DNA from: an uncultured Mycoplasmatota bacterium
GTDB lineage: Bacteria > Bacillota_I > Bacilli_A > RF39 > UBA660
Reading direction: 5' to 3'
Length of the DNA: 64,000 nt
Assembly (NCBI GenBank): GCA_900546245.1
Contig: URBY01000001.1
Span: 10,038 to 74,037 of the forward strand
The notes below the pieces were generated by a model. It was not told the DNA's origin. It was given only the letters and a program-made list of their open reading frames with translations, and did no database searches. Made by a program: the position numbers and the translations under genes. Below, piece after piece: positions 39,526 to 47,386 of this stretch. Positions within the stretch are counted from its first letter, which is position 1. Every line of letters starts with the position of its first letter.

Positions 39526-40605
39526 CTAGTCCTTTTCAATTAATTTCATATCAAGTGTACTTTCTTTTCCATCTCTTATATATGTTACTTTAATAGTATC
39601 ACCTGTTTTATGTTCGTATAAATAATATCTAAGTGTACTAACGTTAGTTACTTTATTATCATCAAATTTAGTTATTACATCTCCAACTTTTAATCCTGAT
39701 TTTTCTGCTGAATAACCATTTTCTAATTTTACTATTACAACACCTGATTTTATATTACTACCTAAATTTATGTTATATCTATATAAACTATATTTATTAC
39801 TTGCTTCTATTACTGATATACCTATTGATGGTCTTTTTATTTCTTCTCCTTTTTCTAGATATGTAACATAGTTCTTAACATCATTTATTGGTATTGCAAA
39901 TCCCATACCTTCTATTTCTTCTGTTGCAAGTTTCATAGATGTAATACCTATTACTTCACCAGCTAAATTAACAAGTGGTCCACCACTATTACCAGGGTTT
40001 ATTGCAGCATCTGTTTGTATTACTTTTGCTATTATAGAATTAGATTCTATCATTCTATCTTTACCAGATATAATACCTCTTGTTATTGAGCCACTATAAT
40101 CTGATCCCATAGGGCTACCAATTGCTATTACTGTTGATCCTAAATTAATATTATCACTATTGCCTAAAGTAGCAACCTTCTTAACTTTACTTTTATCTAT
40201 TGAAAGAACAGCTATATCAGTATATTCATCACTACCAAGTAATTTAACCTCTACTGTTTCATTGTCTGATAAAATAACTTCTATTTTATCTGCAGAATCT
40301 ATTACATGATGATTTGTAAGTATATAACCTTTATTATCATCTACTTTATATACAAATCCTGATCCACTACCTATATTTTGATTATTTTTATAGCTTTCTA
40401 CAGTTACAACAGAATCATATGCTTTATCTATTGAATCTTCTATTGCTGTTTCACTTAATTTTGTTTCATTAACTGTTTTCTTTTCTGTTATTACTTTTGA
40501 CTCTACTGGAAAATATTTTAAATATATAATAACTGCAAATACAGCACTAAATATTGTGAATACATAAGCTAAAAAATATTTAAATAACCTTTTTCTATCT
40601 TTCAT
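39526..40605 (-). CDS. htrA: HtrA/DegP-family serine protease with PDZ domain, 359 aa
   Basis: TM anchor; catalytic triad contexts TNHHV, DIAVL and GNSGGPLVN; a C-terminal PDZ-like region. Confidence 0.8.
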   Translation of the reverse strand: MKDRKRLFKYFLAYVFTIFSAVFAVIIYLKYFPVESKVITEKKTVNETKLSETAIEDSIDKAYDSVVTVESYKNNQNIGSGSGFVYKVDDNKGYILTNHHVIDSADKIEVILSDNETVEVKLLGSDEYTDIAVLSIDKSKVKKVATLGNSDNINLGSTVIAIGSPMGSDYSGSITRGIISGKDRMIESNSIIAKVIQTDAAINPGNSGGPLVNLAGEVIGITSMKLATEEIEGMGFAIPINDVKNYVTYLEKGEEIKRPSIGISVIEASNKYSLYRYNINLGSNIKSGVVIVKLENGYSAEKSGLKVGDVITKFDDNKVTNVSTLRYYLYEHKTGDTIKVTYIRDGKESTLDMKLIEKD

Positions 40606-40616
40606 ATTATCATCCT

Positions 40617-41552
40617 CTATTCTATATTTATTAAATCCATATAATTTTCTGGGAAACCTAATGTATCATATAATTTATTAATTTTTACTGATTTTATTTG
40701 CCATGTTAAATCTTGAAGTTTAAGATTTATTTCATCCATCATATGCATAAATTCATCTTTTGTAAGCATTTGTTTTAATATTATTATTAACGCAAATATA
40801 TCATTTTTTCCTTTTATGTATTCACCAAATTCATCTTGCTTTATTTTTAGTTCATTATGATATTTAGTATTAGAAATATATTTTTGTGTTCTATGATCAA
40901 ACACTATATCTTCATGTGCACATAAATTTCTATAATTTGCAAGTAACGATAAATATACTTCCATATCTTCCATTTCAATTCCATAAAGATCTGCTATTTC
41001 TTTTTGATCCTCCGGTTTTAGTATTCCATAAAGTTCATTTATTAAACCAAATGACAGCACTTTTACAAGTACCCATAAAGGAATATAACCATAATTTGTT
41101 ACATAATGAAGAGTCGCACTATGATTTTGACTATTTACTCTAATCTGTCTTTTCATTTTATTTATTACATCACTAACTCTTCTTTTATTTTTATTGTCAG
41201 TTGTAAAATTTGATTCTTTTAAATAATTTTTCTCTTTATAACCATATTTAACAGATAATTTATAAGATATTATGCTTTTAATATTATTTTCTACTATAAG
41301 CAAATTTTTAAATAATATATTTCTAAATTCTCTATCAAACATAAAAATTGCATATAATTCATCAAAGGTTGCACCTTTTACAAATTTCTTTTCTTTTGAT
41401 GAAACCATTAATACTCTTCTATAACCATTTATAAAAAAGTAATTTTCTTTTAAAAGTATATTTCTTGCTTCTTCTTCATCATTTATAGTAAGACCTTTAC
41501 TTTTAAAAATTCCAAGTTGTTCATCAAGAGTTTTAAATTCCTTTTTATTCAT
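40617..41552 (-). CDS. Abortive-infection protein, Abi_2 (AbiD/AbiF) family, 311 aa
   Basis: N-terminus …LDEQLGIFKSKGLTINDEEEARNILLKENYFFINGYRR… is typical of Abi_2. 311 aa. Confidence 0.65.
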   Translation of the reverse strand: MNKKEFKTLDEQLGIFKSKGLTINDEEEARNILLKENYFFINGYRRVLMVSSKEKKFVKGATFDELYAIFMFDREFRNILFKNLLIVENNIKSIISYKLSVKYGYKEKNYLKESNFTTDNKNKRRVSDVINKMKRQIRVNSQNHSATLHYVTNYGYIPLWVLVKVLSFGLINELYGILKPEDQKEIADLYGIEMEDMEVYLSLLANYRNLCAHEDIVFDHRTQKYISNTKYHNELKIKQDEFGEYIKGKNDIFALIIILKQMLTKDEFMHMMDEINLKLQDLTWQIKSVKINKLYDTLGFPENYMDLINIE

Positions 41553-41898
41553 ATTTAAATCACCCTACTATTATAAATTATAACATAATTTTTTTTAGAC
41601 TTAAAGTATTTAAATTTATTTCTACAACTTAACACTTTTTTCACATATTTTCACATATTTTATATTTTTGGTCGAAATCTTCGAACAAAAGTTTTTCGGA
41701 TTCTTTTCATGCAAACAAAACAAAAAAACATTCTGAAAATCTATATGGGTTATATCTTCTGCCACCATAACCATTTTCTAAACTTGAGGTCGAAAATTTC
41801 AACCTCAAGTCTGTAAATTCAAAATCAATAAAAAAAATCTTTATGGTAATTTATATACATTGTTTTTTACTGTCTCATTTATTTTATTTGTTCATACA

Positions 41899-42753
41899 TT
41901 AATCTTCTTCTATATTTTTGATTATTGTTTCTAAATACTCTTTATCCTTTATCTTAGTAATCGCAAAACATTTATTACCTAAATCTTTATAGCTTGCTCC
42001 TGAATGATACAATACTTTTTTATCAAGTATTATGAATCTATCATGAAACTTATCACTGTATATTACTTTCAAATTATGGTATTGCCTATTATATTTTTTT
42101 ATATCTATATCTTTTAATAAATTAAATTTTTTAGTTACAATAGTTACTTTTACATTTAGGTTCGTAATCATATCTAAAATACTTTTGTCTTCATAATTAT
42201 CTATTATAATTATTTCTTTCTTTGCTTCTTTAAATATATCAATTAATAGTGAATATGCATCATATATTTGTCCTTCATAAAATATTGTATTAATTTTCTC
42301 TTTTTCATTTAACTTATCAAAAGATTCCTCTAATTTTAAAATTCTTTCTTCATGATTTAATATTATTGAAGTTTTATTTTCAAATGATAAATACCTTTTC
42401 ATATAAACAAATGCATCGATTATTTTCATACTTACAATATCTGCAACAGGTGTTTTAAGTATTGTTGCAAGCATTGCGACTCCCTGTTCTGTAAACGCAT
42501 ATGGCATTGTTCGAATTTTATTAACTTGCGGTCCCATGTTGGGACCGCAAATATTTTTAAATTCTAATTCATTAAGTTGAAACATATATCTTTCTGGAAA
42601 CTTATTTATATGTCTCTTTACTGCTTGATTAATAGTTTTAGTTCCGTTTGTACATTCATATAATCTTGCTAAATCCGAATCTAGCATTACTTGTTTACCT
42701 CTTATTTCATATATCATATCTTCTATGCTTAAATCTTCTTTTAATTCGTACAT
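41899..42753 (-). CDS. ORF6N-domain (Ant/antirepressor-like DNA-binding) protein with an uncharacterised C-terminal domain, 284 aa
   Basis: N-terminus IYEIRGKQVMLDSDLARLYECTNGTKTINQAVKRHINKFP… (ORF6N). AGGAGG RBS. Confidence 0.6.
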   Translation of the reverse strand: MYELKEDLSIEDMIYEIRGKQVMLDSDLARLYECTNGTKTINQAVKRHINKFPERYMFQLNELEFKNICGPNMGPQVNKIRTMPYAFTEQGVAMLATILKTPVADIVSMKIIDAFVYMKRYLSFENKTSIILNHEERILKLEESFDKLNEKEKINTIFYEGQIYDAYSLLIDIFKEAKKEIIIIDNYEDKSILDMITNLNVKVTIVTKKFNLLKDIDIKKYNRQYHNLKVIYSDKFHDRFIILDKKVLYHSGASYKDLGNKCFAITKIKDKEYLETIIKNIEED

Positions 42754-42813
42754 AATTCGCCTCCTATACTTATATTCTCTATAAATAACTAAAATTCCAC
42801 TAAAAAAAGAGAA

Positions 42814-43758
42814 TTAATTAGAATTTTCTTTAGCTTTTCTAACTAATTCCCTTATTTTTCTAAGTCTATGATTAATACAAGACTTCGTTACCTTATTACC
42901 TGTTTCTATTGAAATTATCTCACTTAATTCTATTAATGAACTTTCAGGATACTTTAATCTATAATTTGCAACTTCTTTAACTTTATCATCAAGTAAATCA
43001 TATGCATCTATTTCTTTTAAATAATTAATATCATCAACTTGACTTTGAGCAGATTTCATACTCTTTTCTATATTTGCTTGTTCACAGTTATTTATTCTAT
43101 TAGTCATATTAACTTTTTCTCTATATGTTCTTATATCTTCATAATAAAGTACTTCTTCATAAGCCTTTATTATAGTTAATAATTCACTAATCTTTTCTGA
43201 TTCTTTAATATAAACCATATAACCTTTTTTTCTTCTATGTACTTTTGAATTTAAATTATATTCATTTAATAGATTATTCAAAAATTCTGCAAATTCCAAA
43301 TTTTCTATTAAAAACTCCAAATGATATCTTGATGTCTTTGGATCATTTACACTTCCACATATTAGGAAACATCCTCTTATAAATGCTCTTTTAAGTTCAT
43401 CATCCGCAACTATAAACTCACTAGGAACCTTTAGTAAATCAAAACCTTTTTCATTAAGTAAACCTAAATCTTTTATTATTGTAAGTACATCTTTTTTAAT
43501 TTCAATAATATATACTTCATTCTTTTTAAAGTTATAATTCTTCTTTATAGTTATATTAGATGTAACATTATATATTTCTTTAACTATTTTAAATATTCTA
43601 TTTGCAACATTTATATTTTCTGTTTGAATTCTTATTGCATACAATTTTATATCAGCGCTTGTTCTAATTATTCCAGATAATTCTGATATATATTCAAGTT
43701 TAGTACATTCTAGATTTGATATTTCTTTTTTTATTTTTCCTGAAAAAGTCATAGCCAT
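42814..43758 (-). CDS. whiA: Sporulation/cell-division regulator WhiA (LAGLIDADG-like + HTH), 314 aa
   Basis: MTFSGKIKKEIS… N-terminus and a C-terminal HTH region. The likely true start is the second ATG at 43752. Confidence 0.8.
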   Translation of the reverse strand: MAMTFSGKIKKEISNLECTKLEYISELSGIIRTSADIKLYAIRIQTENINVANRIFKIVKEIYNVTSNITIKKNYNFKKNEVYIIEIKKDVLTIIKDLGLLNEKGFDLLKVPSEFIVADDELKRAFIRGCFLICGSVNDPKTSRYHLEFLIENLEFAEFLNNLLNEYNLNSKVHRRKKGYMVYIKESEKISELLTIIKAYEEVLYYEDIRTYREKVNMTNRINNCEQANIEKSMKSAQSQVDDINYLKEIDAYDLLDDKVKEVANYRLKYPESSLIELSEIISIETGNKVTKSCINHRLRKIRELVRKAKENSN

Positions 43759-43764
43759 TACTCC

Positions 43765-44616
43765 TTACTTTAAATCTTTTATTATTGATAAAGCCGCTAT
43801 TGCTCCATCTGATGCCGCAGTTACTATTTGATATACTTTTTTCTTAATTATATCTCCTGATGCATAAATACCATCTATATTAGTTTTCATATTTTCATCT
43901 ACAACAATATAATTATTATCAAGTTTTATATTAAGTGATTTTATAAAATCAATATTAGGTGTGTATCCATTTTCTATAAACAATCCATCTATAGCATATT
44001 CTTTATCATCTATAGTTACAGTTTTAATAATTTCATCATTAACATTTAAATTGCTTATTTTTTTATTAATAACTTTAATATTATCTTTATCAAAAGTTAT
44101 ATCATCATCACTATAATTAACATATATTAAACTGTTTACTATATTACTTAAGTATATTGCATCATTTTCACTTTCTTTATTATTACCAATAAGCATAACA
44201 TCTTTACCATTATATAGTGAACCATCACATTTAGCACAATAACTTATATTAAGTGCATGTTTTTTTAATATATCAAGTTTTTTTTCTACTCTGCCACACG
44301 CAATTAATATAGTTTTAGTTTTATATTCATTCTTTTCTGTTTTGACAACCTTTTCTTTACCATCTATAACATCAATTACTTTTTCTGTTTTAATAGGAAC
44401 TCCTAAATTAATTACTTGTTCATACATATCATAAGCAAGAGAGCTTGCATCTATATTTTTAAATCCTAAATAATTATTTATTTTATCAGTTTTAAGCAAT
44501 TTCCCACCAGGTACATTTTTTTCTAAAATAAGTATATTTTTATTTGCATTCTTAAGATAAAGTGCCGCACTTAAAGATGCTGGTCCCGCACCTATTATAA
44601 TAGAGTCATAAATCAT
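43765..44616 (-). CDS. Thioredoxin-reductase-like flavoprotein (FAD-dependent disulfide oxidoreductase), 283 aa
   Basis: FAD-binding GAGPAS, redox CxxC (CAKCDG) and a C-terminal ASGD. The NAD(P)H-binding Gly motif is degenerate. Confidence 0.6.
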   Translation of the reverse strand: MIYDSIIIGAGPASLSAALYLKNANKNILILEKNVPGGKLLKTDKINNYLGFKNIDASSLAYDMYEQVINLGVPIKTEKVIDVIDGKEKVVKTEKNEYKTKTILIACGRVEKKLDILKKHALNISYCAKCDGSLYNGKDVMLIGNNKESENDAIYLSNIVNSLIYVNYSDDDITFDKDNIKVINKKISNLNVNDEIIKTVTIDDKEYAIDGLFIENGYTPNIDFIKSLNIKLDNNYIVVDENMKTNIDGIYASGDIIKKKVYQIVTAASDGAIAALSIIKDLK

Positions 44617-45404
44617 TATTTTACCTCCATTTCATTATAGTACTTTTTATTTCTATTTGTTACTATAATAATTATTCCAATTATTATACCTATTAATGAT
44701 ACAATTTGGGCAATCTTTAAACCGAAGAACATTAAACTATCTGTTCTAAGTGCTTCTATAAAAAATCTTCCTATTCCATACCATATAAAATAAAAACCTA
44801 TTTGAAAACCTTTTCTTAAATTTTTATTTCTTCTTGCAATCATTAATATTATAAATCCTATTAAACACCAAATACTTTCAAAAAAGAATGTTGGATAATA
44901 ATATTTACCTTCTATATGCATTCCATTTATTATAAATTCAGGTATATGCATATTTTTTAAATTTTGATATGTTGTAATTCCTCCATGTGCTTCTTGATTA
45001 AAGAAATTACCCCATCTTCCAAAACTTTGTGCAATTATAACCGCAGGCGCTACTATATCTAATATTTTTATAAAACTAACATTCTTTTTCTTAGTATAAA
45101 AGTATACAAATATAAGTCCCGCAATTACCCCTCCATGAATCGCAAGTCCACCATTATATATTTTTAATATTTCTGATGGATTTGCTAGATAATAATCTAA
45201 GTTAAATACACAGTAATAAACTCTCGCACCTAATATTCCAATTATTAATGTATAAAATATTAAATCACTTGTAAATTCTTTTGTTAATCCTTGTTTTTTT
45301 CCTTCTCTTGTTATTAATATGTACGCTACTATAACACCTAAAAGTATACACAAAGAATAATAATATACATTAAATCCAAATATATTAAATGCAACTCTAT
45401 TCAT
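44616..45404 (-). CDS. lgt: Prolipoprotein diacylglyceryl transferase, 262 aa
   Basis: Lgt signature region …GARVYY…HGG.IAG… and polytopic topology. Confidence 0.85.
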   Translation of the reverse strand: MNRVAFNIFGFNVYYYSLCILLGVIVAYILITREGKKQGLTKEFTSDLIFYTLIIGILGARVYYCVFNLDYYLANPSEILKIYNGGLAIHGGVIAGLIFVYFYTKKKNVSFIKILDIVAPAVIIAQSFGRWGNFFNQEAHGGITTYQNLKNMHIPEFIINGMHIEGKYYYPTFFFESIWCLIGFIILMIARRNKNLRKGFQIGFYFIWYGIGRFFIEALRTDSLMFFGLKIAQIVSLIGIIIGIIIIVTNRNKKYYNEMEVK

Positions 45405-45813
45405 TATTACACCTTCTTATTATTGGTTTTACTATTAATTCTTCTACAAAGAAATTCATAATACTAATACATATTGCGATTAAAAGTCCACTCCAAAATC
45501 CATATATATTAAAATGATCCCCAAGTATTAAATCCACAATTTTTAATATTAAAAAGTTTATAAATGGATAAAATAGTCCAAATGTTAAGGCTGTTATTGG
45601 TATTGTTAACTTAAATATAATTGGTCTTATTGTTTTATTTAATACATAAATAATAACTACCGCTAAAAGTTCATACCAAAAGTTATCCACATCAAAAGAA
45701 TTAAATATAGCATCTACAATAAGAAATACAAGTGTATAACCTAATATATATAACACTGAATCTAAAAACTTATTAATTCTAACACTATTTTTTTCTTTTA
45801 TTACCACTTTCAT
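45397..45813 (-). CDS. YvlD/DUF360-family four-TM membrane protein (holin-superfamily-IV-like), 138 aa
   Basis: Four hydrophobic helices in 138 aa. Overlaps the lgt start by 8 nt. Confidence 0.45.
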   Translation of the reverse strand: MKVVIKEKNSVRINKFLDSVLYILGYTLVFLIVDAIFNSFDVDNFWYELLAVVIIYVLNKTIRPIIFKLTIPITALTFGLFYPFINFLILKIVDLILGDHFNIYGFWSGLLIAICISIMNFFVEELIVKPIIRRCNNE

Positions 45814-46065
45814 ATTATCATATTCCTCTCTCTTATTCTTTTATAACAAATATTTTCTTTCCAAAGAGATTATAACACAAATATTTTAAAATAAAAAGAT
45901 GTTTTCCTAAAAACATCCACTATTTTTCTTCTTATTTTATTTAATTATCTTGTACAATTCTCTCTGGTGTTTCAAAAAATTATTATTTTAACAGTTAATA
46001 CATATAATTATTGTTAATATTTTTGATCAAAATTATATAAACAAGATATTTCAATTCTGAAAATA

Positions 46066-46270
46066 AAAGAACTTTTATAATAAAAGTCCTTCTATACATT
46101 TCTATCATTTTATCTCTACTTATAGTAATAAAAATATGACACCTATTCATTAAAATTATATGTCTCTTTGATTATTCAGGTTAGACACTCAACTCGACAA
46201 AACTGAATGTTCCCTTTTTTTATGAAGTTTCCTTCATCTATATTCATAATAACATATATTTTATATTTTA
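46066..46270. repeat. Degenerate copy 1 of a roughly 230-bp duplicated module (peptide ORF without start/RBS, antisense promoter retained)
   Basis: Shares AAAAGAACTTTTATAATAAAAGTCCTTC and …TATGAAGTTTCCTTCATCT(A/G)TATTCATAATA… with copy 2. Confidence 0.5.
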
Positions 46271-46393
46271 TCAATAAATTTGTATAAAATTGTACTTGTT
46301 CGCTTGTTTTACATTATTAACTATGAGATAATATATTTGGAACATTTAATGTGAGTGCTATCCTCCAATCTTAAGAAAGAAAGGAGGGATACA

Positions 46394-46486
46394 ATGAAGA
46401 AAAGAACTTTTATAATAAAAGTCCTTCGTCTTATTGCTATCATTTTATTACTCCTTACCTTACTGGTAATAGCAATAAAATTATAA
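46394..46486 (+). CDS. 30-aa hydrophobic peptide (candidate type I toxin)
   Basis: MKKRTFIIKVLRLIAIILLLLTLLVIAIKL. An AGGAGGG RBS lies 5 nt upstream and can pair with an upstream CCTCC. Confidence 0.4.
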   Translation: MKKRTFIIKVLRLIAIILLLLTLLVIAIKL

Positions 46487-46589
46487 GGCACTCTATCATC
46501 TCTGATTGAGTGCCACCCAAAACTTTGAGGATGACATTCACTTGCAGATTTAAATGTTCCTCTTTTTTATTTTATGAAGTTTCCTTCAT

Positions 46590-46626
46590 CTGTATTCATA
46601 ATATCATATTATTTAATATTTTTCAA
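46590..46626 (-). promoter_or_regulatory. Convergent promoter (TTGAAA-17-TATTAT) for a putative antisense RNA
   Basis: Minus strand TTGAAAaatattaaataatatgaTATTAT. Copy 1 has TTGATA-17-TATTAT at the equivalent place. Confidence 0.3.
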
Positions 46627-46637
46627 CATTAAAAAAA

Positions 46638-47330
46638 TTATTCATTATTTAAATTTATTCCATCTATACAATTTTCATAAATCCAAATCTTTAAATTATC
46701 CATGATACCACTTTCATAATATTTAATAAGTTTTTCATAAAACTCTGCTTGTTTATCTTGTGCAATACTTATAATTCCATTTCCATTATCTATCATTATT
46801 TTATTGGCAAACAACATTGCTACCCTTTTATTACCATCAATAAACATTTGTCTTCTCATAATATATAACATCACTTCAATTGCAATTTCTGTTGTGGTTT
46901 TATCTTGTTCACTAAGTAATTCTTCTAATTCTTCTTTTATTTTACTTTCTATAGGAAAATCAGGTTTCCAAGTTGTACCTCCTATATTAACTGGAGTAGT
47001 TCTAAGTTTACCAAGGTTTTGTTCTAATACTAGTTTATCTACAGTCAACTTATGAATATAACATAAAGTATTGTAATCACTTTTTATATCTTTATTTTCT
47101 AATATAAATTCCCAGGCATATTTTAAATTATTTATAGCAATTATATTATCTACTGTAAGCCCATTTACTATTCCACCATCATATATTGCTTGTGTTTCTG
47201 GATATGTAACACCTATACCTTCTAAATTTGCACTTTTCCATATATAGTCAACAATGTTTCTTTTTGCTATAAATACATTTTGTTCTCTTGTTAAATTATA
47301 TTTATTTTCCATATGTAAACACCTCATCAT
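46638..47330 (-). CDS. Fic/Doc-family protein with a Doc-type motif lacking the catalytic His (QMFIDGNKR), 230 aa
   Basis: SANLEG (inhibitory-helix-like motif) and RRQMFIDGNKRVAM, which matches Doc HxFx(D/N)(A/G)NKR except for Gln in place of His. Confidence 0.6.
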   Translation of the reverse strand: MMRCLHMENKYNLTREQNVFIAKRNIVDYIWKSANLEGIGVTYPETQAIYDGGIVNGLTVDNIIAINNLKYAWEFILENKDIKSDYNTLCYIHKLTVDKLVLEQNLGKLRTTPVNIGGTTWKPDFPIESKIKEELEELLSEQDKTTTEIAIEVMLYIMRRQMFIDGNKRVAMLFANKIMIDNGNGIISIAQDKQAEFYEKLIKYYESGIMDNLKIWIYENCIDGINLNNE

Positions 47331-47386
47331 TAACTAAATTATAACACAAAATACATATTATTAAAATCTTTTAGAAAAAAGAACGT

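Larger units (their letters stand above)
46372..46626. repeat. Intact copy 2 of the duplicated module (type I TA-like)
   Basis: Contains an RBS-sequestering CCTCC…GGAGG, the 30-codon ORF, the GGCACTC…GAGTGCC hairpin and a convergent promoter. Confidence 0.5.
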
